DNA from: the human T2T-CHM13v2.0 reference genome, Homo sapiens
Reading direction: 5' to 3' (one strand)
Assembly (NCBI RefSeq): GCF_009914755.1
Contig: NC_060928.1
DNA length: 64,000 bases
Below the pieces are notes generated by a model that did no database searches, was not told the DNA's origin, and worked only from the letters and a program-made list of their open reading frames with translations. Every line of letters begins with the position of its first letter. Position 1 is the first letter of the stretch. Below are positions 1 to 14,250 of the stretch, piece by piece. The position numbers and the translations under genes are program-made.

Positions 1-625
1 CTGCCTCCATGGTTTGGCCCTCATCTTCATTCCCACGAGGAGCCCTTTCTTCTGTGTGCACGCATGTGTCTCTGTGTATGTGTGTGTCTGCATGTGTGTG
101 TGCATGTGTGTGCATGCGTTGGCACTGGGAGCCTCAATCGTGGTGTTATTTTTCAGATATAACCGACATCTGATTTCCCTCTGTGATTTTTTGGCTGCTT
201 GTTTTTAGCCCCAGGATTATTTTCTCAATAGCACTCTAGCAGAGCTTTTATCCCAGCTGAATACAGTCTGCACGCAGGAAGTGTGAGCTGGTTCTGATAT
301 CGGTGGAATAGCTGGATTGTAAACCTGCGGCATGGGAGTCCTCAGGAGCTGCCTCATTTAGAAGCATCTGGGCTGCCATCCTTTTGAGCTTGTGCCTCCT
401 TAACTGAGAAATGACAGAGCTGAGCAAAGCCGGGAAAGACGCAGGAAGGAGGCCTGGCAGCCCTGAATCAGTTTCTCCAAGAAACAGGCCTGAGGTTTGA
501 AGAGATTCAGGTTAGAAATCAATGAGGAGATTTTTTGGTCTCCGCTAATTTTTTAGATAATCAGGTGAGATCCAAGTGTACCATGCTAAAGATTTTTGAA
601 CGTTAAAATTGCTTTTTCATTTTTG

Positions 626-1190
626 ATGGGCCATTCTACTCCTGGGCATCTACCCAAAGGAGCTCAAAGTAGGGACTTGAGCAGACACGTCTTTGCCAAT
701 GTTCACAGCAGCACGGTTCACACTGGCCAAGAGGTGGAAACAACCCAGATGGCCAGCAGTGATGAATGGACACACAAAACGTGGTCTAAACATACAATGG
801 AATATTATTCAGCCTTAAAAAAGAATGAAATTCTGACACGTTCTGCAATGTGGATGAGCCTTGAGGAGATTACGCTCAGTGAAATAAGCCCGACACAAAA
901 GGACAGCTATTGTGTGGTTCTGCTGGTCTGAAATGTCCAGACTATGCAGGTCTTACACAGAGACAGAAAGTAGAATGGTGGGTGTCGGGGCTGGGGGAGG
1001 GCAGCTGGGAGCTAGTGTTTGATGGGGACAGAGTTTCTGTTTGGGAAGACAAGAATGTTCTGGAGGTGGATAATGGTGATGGTTGCACACCACTGTGAGT
1101 GTGCTTAATGCCTCTGAACTGTACACCTAAAAGTGGCTAAGATGGCAAATTTTATGTTATATATAGTTTGCCACAATTAAAAAAATTAAT
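626..1190 (+). mobile_element. L1MB-type LINE-1 3' end fragment
   Basis: Typical L1 3' motifs (ATGGAATATTATTCAGCCTTAAAAAAGAATGAAATT; GAACTGTACACCTAAAA) ending in an A-rich tail. Confidence 0.85.
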
Positions 1191-1470
1191 AATGTAAAAA
1201 ACATACCTGGGATGGGTTTGCAAAAGTTCTGCCAGAAACAGGAATGGATGTGTTTAGGAGAATCTGGGCAGAGAACCAGGAATGAAAGCCAATTAAACCT
1301 CTTTGAGAACTCTTACTTAGGCAATTTTAATTTCTTCTAAGTAGTAAAATAGGTAAGACCAACAAATTAAATACTTCTTGCAAAAACAAAATTGACAAAA
1401 TGTATGGCTCATTTACATTGTAAATCTACAATTAAGATGGGAAATAAACCAATTCTGGACACCTGAACCG

Positions 1471-1931
1471 GTGAGACGAGTTGAATTGTGTCCTCCAAAA
1501 TTCATGTGTTGAAATTCAAACTCCCAGCATCCCAGAATGTGACCTGATTTGGAGATGGGGCCTTGGCTGAGACAGTCAACTTAAAATGAAATCATTAGGG
1601 TGGGCCTTAATCCAGTAGGACTGGTGTCCTTATAAAGAGGAGAAATTTGGAGACACACACACACAGGGAGAGCGCCGCATGAAGATGAAGGCAGAAACTG
1701 GGGAGATGCTTTCACAAGCCAAAGACTGCCCAGGCTTGTGAGCAAAAACAACCTCCAGAAGCTGGAAGAGAGCCTTGCACAGATTTCCTCCCAGAGCCCC
1801 TAGAAGGAACCCACCCTGCCAACACCTTGATTTGGAACTTGCAGCCTCCAAAACTGTGAGATGATAAATTTCTGTTGTTTAAGCCACCCAGTTGGTGGTA
1901 CTTTGTTACAGCAGCCTTAGAAACTAATGCA
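1471..1931 (+). mobile_element. MLT1C-like MaLR solo LTR
   Basis: TTGAATTGTGTCCTCCAAAA start; ends GTACTTTGTTACAGCAGCC..AACTAATGCA; about 460 bp. Confidence 0.85.
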
Positions 1932-1989
1932 AGTAAATAAAACACCAGAAAGATTTTCCTTTTCCCTGTATTGTGTTCGGATTTCCCTC

Positions 1990-2300
1990 TGCTCATGAAG
2001 ACACCCCTCATATTGGCTTAGGGCCCACCGTAATCTCCAGTGTGATCTCATCTTAACTAATGACATCTGCACAGCCCCGTTCCCAAATAAGGTCAGAAGG
2101 ACAGGTAGTGAGGGTTTGGACTTGAACGTCGTTTTTGAGGGTCCTAGTCAACCCATAACAGTCCACACTCTGGTTCCTCCAAGTTCATGTCCTTCCCGCA
2201 GGCAAAACGCCTTCATCCCATCCTAACATGCTCCGAAGGCTTAAGTATTCTAGGGTCAACTTGGAGTCCAAAATATCATCTAACTACCATTATTAACTCA
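1990..2300 (-). mobile_element. MLT1 LTR 5' part plus MaLR internal fragment
   Basis: CAACCCATAACA is the reverse complement of an LTR start, joined to GTCCACAC (internal/PPT junction). Confidence 0.65.
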
Positions 2301-2789
2301 AAGTTCCAAATCTCTGTTCTCCTCTGTTGTTTCAGGCCTTGCACAGAGGAGTGCTTGGTGAACATTTGGTGGAGGATACGGAAACCCACGTGGATTCCAG
2401 GTGCTGACTTTTGTGCCACTACAGAGTCTAGCGTACATTAGGAAGACGATGCCAACCACCACCATCTATTGACTTACTCAACGTTTACTGCACACCTACT
2501 GTGTGCAGGGGTCCTGGGGACCCCATAGATGAAAACATAAGCACATGATCAAATGGAAAGCTGGGCTTCGTCTATTACAGTGGGTACCATACAGTTTTAC
2601 ACTCGTGTACCTAAAACAACCTGGACAAGGCACGGGATTGATTTTCAATTTTGTAAAACAGAGCAAAAGTGCTTTTACTGATGTTTCTTTTCTTTTTCCT
2701 GAGATCTTATGTCCCTAGACAGAACTATAAAGCGTTTTTATATTAAAGGTCTGTGCCTCAGACTTTAAAAATATCTGTAGAATGTGTAG

Positions 2790-3050
2790 TAAAGTTATCC
2801 ATTTCATTTGTGATAATGGTCATTTTTATTTTCTCTTTTGTTCCTGATCAATCTAACTATAATTTATAAATTTAACAATTTTCTCAAGAACGTTCTGTTT
2901 CATTGATGTTCTCTATTATTTTCTGTTCTCTGTTTCATTGATTTCAACTCTGATTTTTATTATTTCTTTTCTTCTTTTTATTTTAGGTTTCATTTGGTCT
3001 TTTCTAGTTAAGGTGGAAGCTGAGGTCAATAATTTTCCTTTCTTCTTTTC
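2790..3050 (-). mobile_element. old L1M fragment
   Basis: T-rich antisense L1 ORF2-like sequence (TTTCATTGATTTCAACTCTGATTTTTATTATTTC). Confidence 0.65.
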
Positions 3051-3064
3051 CTTAAAAAATTGTT

Positions 3065-3367
<303 letters not shown>

Positions 3368-3370
3368 TTA

Positions 3371-3664
<294 letters not shown>

Positions 3665-4118
3665 TTAAAAACAGCTTTATTGAGATATACTTCACATACA
3701 GTTCATCCTTTTAAAGTATGCGAGTCAGTGGGTAGTATATTCTTAGACAAGTTCAACCACCACTAAAATTAATTTTAGAACATTTTCTTCACCCCAAAAA
3801 GAAACCTATATTCATGACTTCAAATTTCTCCTTCCCCAGCTCCTGGCAACCAATAGTCGACTTTCTGTGTCTATAGATGTCCCTGTTGCAGACATTTCCT
3901 ATAAGTGGAATCATATATGATCTTTTGTGTATAGCTTCCTTCACTGAACATAATGTTTTCAAGGTTCATTCCTGCTGTGTTAGGGCCTCCTTGCTTTTAT
4001 GGCCAAATAAAATAATACTCCATTGTATGGGTAGGCCACGCTGTGTTTATCCATTCACCATTGGATGGACATCTGGTTTGTTTCTGCCTTTTGGCTATTA
4101 TGAATAATGCTGCTATGA

Positions 4119-4460
<342 letters not shown>

Positions 4461-4945
4461 TGTTTTCACGTCTCTTGGGTGTGTACCTAGAGAGGGAATT
4501 GTGGGGTTCTATAGTAGCTCTGTGTTTCACCCGTGAAGAACTGCCACACTGTTTTCCAGAGCAGGTACAGCATTTTACCTTCCCACCAACGGTGTTATCA
4601 GGGTTCTTATTTTTGCACGCCTTCACCCACACTTATCTGCCTCTTTTTCCCGCTGACTTTTTGATTCTAGCCATTCAGTGCATGTGAAATGACATCTCGT
4701 TGTGGTCTTGATTTGCATTTCCCTGGCAACTAATAATGTCTAGCGTGTCTTCACGTGCTTGGACCATCTGTATATTTTCTTTGGAAGAATGTGTGTTTAG
4801 ATCCTTTGCCCATTTTTAAATTGGGTTGTCTTTTTATTATCGAGTTACCTGAGTTCTTTACATATTCTGGATACAAAGCCCTTCTTAGAAATATGATTTG
4901 AAAATATTCTCTCCCATCCTGTTGGTTATCTTTTTACTTACTTAC

Positions 4946-5242
4946 TTTTTTTTTTTTTGAGACAGGGTCTCACTCTTTTGCCTAGGCTGGAGTGCAGTGG
5001 TGCAATCTTGGCTTACTGCAACCTCTACCTCCCAGGTTCAAGCAATCCTTCCACCCCAGCCTCCTGAGTAGCTGGGACTACAGGCATGCACCATCACACC
5101 TGGCTAATTTTTATATTTTTTTTGTAGAGGCAGGGTTTTGCCATGTTGGCCAGGCTGATCTCGAACTCCTGGCCTCAAGTGATCGAACCGCTTTGGCCTC
5201 CCCAAGTGCTGGGATTACAGGCGTGAGCCACTGCACCCAGCC
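4946..5242 (-). mobile_element. Alu (J/S)
   Basis: Antisense full-length Alu. Confidence 0.95.
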
Positions 5243-5563
5243 TATTTTCTTGATAGTGTCCTTTAGAGCACAACTGTTTTGAATTTGCTGAAATCCAATT
5301 TATTTATTCTTCCTTTTGTTGCTCATGCTTTGGTGTCAAGGCTAAGAAGCTGTTGCCTCCATGAGGTCCTGGAGACACGGCCCTCTGCTTCTTCTAAGAG
5401 CTTGATCATTCTAGTGCTTGCCTTTAGTTCTTTGTTTTTGAGGGAACAGAGGCCATTTAGCTTGGAGAAGGAGGGAGGGGTATGGTAGCTACTGGCAGAC
5501 TCAGAGGGGCTGTCCTGGCATAGTGTCCAGAGGGCACTGGGACCCTGAGGACAGCTGGAGCCA

Positions 5564-5604
5564 GTGTGTGTGTGGGTGGGTGGGTGGGTGGGGGGGGGGG
5601 CGGT
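5564..5604 (+). repeat. (TG)n-(GGGT)n-polyG, G-quadruplex-capable
   Basis: GGGTGGGTGGGTGGGT followed by a long G run. Confidence 0.85.
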
Positions 5605-6179
5605 GGTCAGCTCTAAGAATCTGGGGATGAAACACGCTGGGCAGGGAGGGGTCCTTTGGAGCTCTCGCCTCTCAGAAGCAGGACCCAAACCAACTCCCCA
5701 GCTCCCCCAGCATTCCCCCTCCAGCTTGAGGCAGGGCTGGTGTGGGGTGGGAGTGGGGAAGGAGCCCTGGTGAGTCAGATGGAGAACAAAGGGCCCACCT
5801 TGGTGGGAGGAGGGAGAGAGGAGGCCGAGGAGGGTGAACTATGCAGACAGGTGGCCTGCGAGGGGTGCTGTGCTGCCCTCGGGCTCTGGGCGAGGCCTCT
5901 ATCCCACCGCAGGAAAACCCTCCTTGCAGGGAGCTCATCTTCCGCCTTTCAAAACTTCAGGGCGCTCCTCAGGCATCGCACAGGGTAACGGCTTGGACCA
6001 GCAGCAGCACTGGCTGTTCACAAGCATCTTGTGGTTTTTCAGAGCCCTGTCCTGCCGCTTGGGGCAGCACTTCCTCCCGCCGGGCCCTCTCCCTTCCTCT
6101 CTCCAGACGCCTAGTCCTCACATGGGCACCTTCCCTTTCCTCACCCTCCAGGGTCGCCCAAATCCCATAGCCCTTATCA

Positions 6180-6742
<563 letters not shown>

Positions 6743-7249
6743 GGCGAAGAGCTCTTGGTGGATGGAAGGACAGCTTCCAGTATTACCCAGGTCTCAGGTA
6801 AGCACTCTCTTGACTCTCTGGGACTCAGTTTCCCTGTCTCCTGCTGTGAGGTGACAGTTGCTGTGGTTGATCCATCCAACCTCACCCTGAGCAATTTTAG
6901 GGGCTGGGCCCTGAGCCCTGTCCAGGGCCGCAGAGGCAGGGGCGCTGTGATCCAGGGGCGTCTCTGCAGCGGCGGCGAGACGGTCGTGACAGTCCAACCT
7001 GTCAATCTCCCAGATGGGGGCAGTGAGGCCCAGAGAGAGGAGAGGACTAAACCGTCAGCGGGACTGTGAGTTCCCGGAGGCAGGGCTGAGTCTTTTATTT
7101 TTCTTTTCATGTCTGTATCCCCAGCACCCAGCAAATGGCGGGGCACTTACGAGGTCTTCGGAAGCTGCCTGGCTGCCTCGGGTGCAGTGTTTTGTGATAG
7201 AATCAAGAGTTGGAACCTGGACCTCTGCTTCTTGGCCCGCTTTCCACTG

Positions 7250-7420
7250 CGCCGGGCTCCGAGTTAATGGCGGAGAGGGCAGGGAGGTCCTGGGCCCCGC
7301 CCACCAGGCTTCCAATCACCAGTGCCCCGGCCCCGCCCTGCCCCGCCCTTGCCCCGAACCCCGCCCTTCCTTGGCTCCGCCCCTTCCCCGCCCTCGTCGC
7401 GGAGCCAGGTTCTACCCCGG
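7250..7420 (+). promoter_or_regulatory. TATA-less GC-box/CCAAT promoter candidate
   Basis: CCAAT at 7312; CCCCGCCC/CTCCGCCC boxes at 7295, 7331, 7341, 7359, 7375 and 7386; local CpG enrichment. Confidence 0.7.
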
Positions 7421-7488
7421 GACATCTCGCTGGACTCAGCCTCCCACAGGATTCAGGAGTGCGGGGATGCTCTTTGTGCTGAGAACTC

Positions 7489-7519
7489 GCTGGTCAGGCT
7501 GGTCAGGCTGGTCAGGCTG
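7489..7519 (+). repeat. (GCTGGTCAG)x3.4 tandem repeat
   Basis: Read directly from sequence. Confidence 0.9.
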
Positions 7520-8760
7520 CTTGGCCTCTTACTCCATCTGTAGAGTGGGCTCAGGCCTGATGGTGATCGTGTCTTGTTTTGTCACGCTGGGATTCGTGTC
7601 TCTGGTGACATTTTCCTGCTGTGTGTAGCACTTGGCCACGCAGATGACTGGACAGCTGCCAGGAGCACTGGCCGTGTGCACCAAACTCAGCTTGAGGAAG
7701 TCCTCGGGAGCAAAGTGCAAGTGGAAAACGCTGTGAGGGAAAAGCTGTGGGCGGGGAGTCAGGGGCCCAGGGCACGGGTCCAGTCCTGTCCCTGACTGGC
7801 TAGTCCACAAAAGCCTGTCCCCCGGCGTCAGTTTTCTGTGCCTGGATTACATGGCAGTTGAGTCCTAAACACTGAGGGACAGACGCTGCCTCTAGTTCCC
7901 GCATCTGGCTCAGTCCTTACAGAGGAGCTGTCTGGAGGACTGGCGGGGCTCTCGGCTTCTGTTCTCCCAAGCTCCTCCACCCTGCCTGTGGGCTCTGCCA
8001 GGAGCAAGCGCCTGACGACCCTCTCCTGATGTTCGCTTCCACTGGGGAGGTCCCCCTCCTCCTACTCAGAGGCAGAGTTTGTAGATGAGGTGGGTCGACA
8101 GGGGCCTACCATCTTCCCTCTGCCCCACGATGACAGACACCTGCCCAGGCTGTGGAGGCCCATGGTCAGTTTGTCCAGCGCTGGAGCTCATGTTAGGCAT
8201 CTCACTGGCCTGCAGACAGAAGCCATGTTCTCCAAAATCCCTTTCCTTAGCAATAAGGGGGTATCTTGGTTTCCCATTTGCCAAGTCCTGTGTGTGGTTT
8301 CTCCCCTGAGTTGGAACACAGCAGAGGTGCTGTTGGCTGGCCACTCCATGCGTCCGGTCAGGTGGTTCCTCTCACCATCCTGGGTGGCTCCCTGCTGCCA
8401 ATAGGATGAAGCTCACATCTCTAGGATAGCTGGCCCCATGCACCCCTGCCTGCACCCCAGCCTCAACCTTCTGCCTGCACCCCAGCCCTCAGCCACATTG
8501 AGCTCCTGCAGACCCTCTGCTTTGCTGCACTGGCCTTTGAAGATTCTGCTGACTTACCTGGAATGTTCTTTCCTCCCCTCCTGAACACCCCAACCGAAGC
8601 TCATTGCCTAGCTAATAGCTATCGTTTGACTCAGGTCCCAACCTGGTTGTCACCTCCCCCAGGAAGGATTCCTGGATTGCCCAAGCTAATTTAGGCATCG
8701 CCTCTGCCTTTCTCCATCGGGGTCCTGGCCACAGTGGGAGGTCTTTGCTTCTTGGGCTGA

Positions 8761-9279
<519 letters not shown>

Positions 9280-9782
9280 TGATCCCCTCGGATTCCAGCC
9301 TTCTCTCTGGGCCCTCCTTGCCTTGACTTCCTCCACGCCAGCCTTGAATTATGGGACCCGTCGGGCCCATTTGCCAGGTGTCTGGCCCCGTCTGGAAGCA
9401 AGTGGTTTGCTTCGAGGTGATGAACGTGGCTTGCTGGACTTGGCCCTGAGCCAGCACACGTTGTTCGGCTATGAGCCACCATGAGCCTTCCCCTGACTCT
9501 GCAAAAGAGTTCAGCCAAGAAAGAGGACTGAAATACATTCTCCCCGTTTTGTCTTTGTTTTGGGAAATATCTTGCACATGCTATTTATGTTTTTGAAAAA
9601 AATCAATGCAACAAATTGTGTGCAATATGCTCCTTAGCTAGAGGAGGTGGAATTATTCTTGCCCTGTTTTTTTAGTCCCACTGTCAAAGAAGACACCCTG
9701 TGGTAGCTACATCCCCCCTGACAGTGGCTGGTGGCCTTGGGAGATTTGTCTTCAGAAAGCCCAGGCGGAGCGGGAGTTTTGA

Positions 9783-10267
<485 letters not shown>

Positions 10268-10284
10268 TAGAAATCCCCCTTCTT

Positions 10285-10596
10285 GGCCGGGCGAGGTGGC
10301 TCACCCCTATAATCTCAGCACTTTGGCAGGCCAAGGTGGGCAGATTGCTTCTGTCCAGGGGTTCCAGACCAGCCTGGGCAACATGGTGAAACCCCATCTC
10401 TACTAAAAATATAGAAGTTACCTGGATGTGATGGCACCTGCCTATAGTCCCAACTACTCAGTAGGCTGAGGCTGAGATGGGAGAATCAGCTGAGCCCTGG
10501 AGGTCAAGGCTGCAGTGAGCCAAGATTGCATCACTGCACTCCAGCCTGGGCAACAGAGTGAGTTCCCTGTCTCAAAAAAGAAGAAGAAAAAAAAAA
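10285..10596 (+). mobile_element. AluJ-like
   Basis: GAGGTCAAGGCTGCAGTGAGC, a J-type diagnostic; diverged. Confidence 0.9.
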
Positions 10597-10605
10597 CCCG
10601 TTGTT

Positions 10606-10897
10606 GGCTGGGCACGGTGGCCCACTCCTGTAATCCCAGCACTTTGGGAGGTCAAGGCAGGTTGATCACTTGAGGTCAGGAGTTCGAGACCAGCCTGACC
10701 AACATGGTGAAATCCCGTCTCTACTAAAAAATACAAAATTAGCTGGGTGTGGTGGCACATGCCTGTAATCCCAGCTACTTAGGAGGCTGAGGGAGGAGAA
10801 ATGCTTGAACCTGGGAGGCAGAGGTTGCAGTGAGCTGAGATTGCACATTGCACTCCAGCCTGGGCAACAAGAGCGAAACACCATCTCAAAAAACAAA
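10606..10897 (+). mobile_element. AluS
   Basis: Full Alu directly behind the AluJ tail. Confidence 0.95.
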
Positions 10898-11021
10898 TCC
10901 CCCTTCACACACTCCCCCATCCCTGGGCTTGGCACTAGCAGCTGGGGACCTTGCGTTGTGACTCGGACAAGGCCCCTCACTCTGGGCCTGAGCACTCCAC
11001 GCTGTTACAGCACTCCACACA

Positions 11022-11065
11022 TTCTCTAGCTCCTGGGAGCACTCTAGCTCCCAGGAGCTAGAGAA
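11022..11065. repeat. perfect 19-bp inverted repeat with 6-nt loop
   Basis: TTCTCTAGCTCCTGGGAGC-actcta-GCTCCCAGGAGCTAGAGAA. Confidence 0.95.
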
Positions 11066-12049
11066 GGTGATGATCAAGTGCACACTCCCATATATGATCC
11101 CCCAGGGCCCCATCTGGATTCCTGCTGGCCCTGGCTCTTCAGGAACCCATCATCTATGCTCTGAGCTGAGAGCATTCACTGGCCTCCTCTGGCCAGCCCT
11201 CTTTTGGGCTTGTGGGCACTAAGGCAGATATGAGGGCCGGACATCTGACCGTCCAGGACAGTGCCCAGCCTGGGGCTCCCTGCATGGGGTGAATGGCTGC
11301 CCCAGCTTTCGTTTTATAGGTCAGGGTGGGTTTTCTTTCCGCTTAAATGCCCCTCTGGTCCCCGAGAAGGCCCTGAGAAGACTACCTCCCCTGTGTGCAG
11401 GGTCCTTCCAGCTTTCTGAGACACTGGGGACTCAATGGATCTGGCGTGGGCTCTGGTGGGTGCCTGGAGACAAGGGGGCGTCCTGTGATGGGAGCCCGAG
11501 AGGGGCCAGCACAGGCTCCAGAGGAGGCGGGCAGAGGGACTTGCTGTCCCAGGGCTGGGGAGTGCCATGGAGAGGGCACCTGTGGCCCTGGGCTTCAGGG
11601 ACTCCTGGGGCCTGGTGTCCTAGGCCTAGTGGCTTCCCAGAGCTCCCCACCAGCCCTCATTCCTTTCCCCAGCCAAACTCCCTTTTCTCCATCTTGGCTT
11701 TCAATCCACGGGGAAGTCAGAGACTAACTCAAACCATATCCCCAGTGGAGACACCTTTGTGGCCACTCGGTGGCTGAAGCTACTGCTTCTCTGGTTTCGA
11801 GTCATGTGCCTGTGTGTGGTGTGTGTGTGTCTGTATGTGAGTGTGTGTGTGCACATGTGTAGTCCTATCGGAGTCTCCCCTGAATCCCCATGGATGTGCC
11901 GGGGTTCCGCTCAGGACCCACAAACCTGATGGGGAGAGAGGTGGGCGTGCCTCTTTGGACTGCGGAGTGGAGACAGCTCATGCAGACTGCCCTAATGCCT
12001 CCTAGCCTAGAAGGCAGGGGTTGCGCTGATCGGCTCAAGGGTGGGCCGA

Positions 12050-12180
12050 GATTGGGTCCCAGGTCTGTGGCTCACAAACCACAACTTGGACAAGTTATTT
12101 AAGCAGTCTGGGCCTCAGTCATCTGTAAACAGGGGAGGAATGGCTCCTCCCTGGCCGAGTGGAAGAGAGGATGACATGCA
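12050..12180 (+). mobile_element. MIR fragment
   Basis: CTTGGACAAGTTATTTAA..GGGCCTCAGT.CATCTGTAAA core. Confidence 0.6.
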
Positions 12181-13089
12181 TCGCTCAGTGTGGGGTGAGA
12201 ACGGCGCCTGTCCTGTTGACAGTGAGGATGAGAATGGCACCATTGCCCGGGTTCCCAGGCCACAGGAGGAGCATTTCCTGTCCGGCCTCGGACTCCCCCT
12301 GCCCTCCTCCCCGACATGCAGGGCAGCACCTGAGAGGCACGTGGTTCTTACTGCCCGACCCACTGGGCTCCGCTCCAGCCACCCCTACCATGCCTCGGCC
12401 CTTGTCCTCCCACTTTAAGCCGGCGTGACCTCTGTGGACACCACCTCCCCAGGACTGACTGACTGCGCGCAGATCTCCCGTCTCCTAACAGAGTCATGCG
12501 CATATCAGCCCCTTATTTAAAGCTTCATGGAATCCACCAAGCAGAGGCAGTCATTTTCCTATTCCCTCCCCCACCCCCAGATCCTTATTCTTTGGTGAAT
12601 TTTTCGCTCAAAACATTGACCTTTGACCTGAGGTTTGCCAGGGGCAGCAGGAGGATGCCCTGCTGTCCAGCCTGTCCCCCGGGCAGCAGTGGCGGGTGGT
12701 GTCTGACTTTGAGGGCCAGCTTACTGCCTGCTCCCTGGTGCAGGTGTGCAGCAGTGCCCGCTGGTCTGGCCCTGGCTGCTTCCTCCACCCACCCCTCCTC
12801 TCTGCCCCCTGAGCCGCCAGGGCCAGCCCACCAGCCTCTCTCCCTGGGTTATTAAGCCGCCTCCTGCCTGGTCTTGGCAACTCCCTCCAATCTGCCTCTG
12901 TCCATCCCTTCCAGAGAAGGCTTTTAGATCACAGGTGGAACTGGCCCTCCCTCTCATTTCCAGCCATCCCTGTCCCCGCTCCATCCAGGGCCAGTCCAAA
13001 CCCTGCAGGTGTTAGATGATTTCTGGGATCGGGGCCTGCTTTTCTCCATCTTCATCAGTGGCTGAATTTTGTATCTGGCACAGGCTTAT

Positions 13090-13242
13090 TGTCTCCTCCT
13101 CCCTCACTGGAGCATCAGCTCATGAGGGTGGGGACCTGGCCACTGGTTTGTCTCTAGCGCCTAGACAGAACCTGGCAGGTGTAGGCACCACTCACCCGGT
13201 GAGGGAGAGAATGAATGAATGAATGAATGAATGAATGAATGA
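13090..13242 (+). mobile_element. L2 3' end with (GAAT)n tail
   Basis: L2 terminal motif followed by (GAAT)8 at 13208-13242. Confidence 0.75.
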
Positions 13243-13892
13243 CTGTCTCTCCAGGCGCTCCTTGCCAGGCCCCAATCCCTACCCTACTCTAGGCTCTTGC
13301 TGACACCCCAAGCCTGCTCCTGTCTTCCCATGCTGGTGGCTCCTCCCCATAAGGATAGAAGCCCTAGGCTGGCAGAACAGAGGTTTTGCTGAAGCAGGTG
13401 CACCCACCCGTGCCACTGGCTGAGCAGAATCCAGTCCAGAGGGGCTGCTACCTCCTTAATTTAGTAATCTGAGCTCTCTGTCCCCTGAGCAGGGTTAGGT
13501 GGAAGTTGGAGGCAGCTATCAGGAGGGGCTGAGACCCTTGCTATGTGCCCTGGGAGGGGATCCTCTCCCTCCTAGTCCTCGGAGCCCTTGGCAGATACAA
13601 ATTGTTTGCATCTGCTCTAGACTCCAAGGGAGTAGGCCTTGCTGCCAGCTTGCCCTGGCCCCCAGGCCTCTCCCTGAATCCCTTCACTCCTTCCATTAAC
13701 CGGGGATGGGGGTGGGGGCAGGAGGTCGGCCATGGGGCTCCTGTCCTGGATGGGGACACACAAGGCAGGAGCTACACGCTGCCAGATCCCAGAGCAGCTC
13801 AGCCTCCAGGGCACTGAGCTTAGGTGGGGGCCAGGATGCTTCCCCATGTCTTGAGGCATCTCAACAGGAGAAACAAAACAAAACAAAACACC

Positions 13893-14250
13893 TGATATGG
13901 TTTGGCCATGTCCCCACCCAAATCTCATCTTGAGTTGTAGCTCCTGCAATTCCCATGTGTCATGGGAGGAACCCAGTGGGAGATGATTGAATTTATGGGG
14001 GCAGGTCTTTCCTGTGCTGTTTTTGTGATAGTGAATGAGTCTCATGAGATCTGATGGTCTTAAAAATGGGAGTTTCCCTGCACAAGTTCTCTCTCTTGCT
14101 GCTACCATGTAAGAAGTGACTTTCACCTTCTACCATGATTGTGAGGCCTCCCCAGCCATGTGGAACTGTAAGTCCACTAAACCCCTTTCTTTTGTAAATT
14201 GCCCAGTCTCGGGTATGTCTTTATCAGCAGTGTGAAAATGGATGAATACA
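13893..14250 (+). mobile_element. THE1B-like MaLR solo LTR
   Basis: TGATATGGTTTGGC...AATACA termini; perfect 5-bp TSD ACACC on both sides. Confidence 0.92.

Noticed and set aside
596-931. ORF resembling the L1 ORF2 C-terminus (HTMEYYSALKKNEI)
   Set aside because: Decayed L1 fragment, already annotated as a mobile element.
9475-9495. Kozak-like GCCACCATG
   Set aside because: Opens only a 4-codon ORF (MSLP*).
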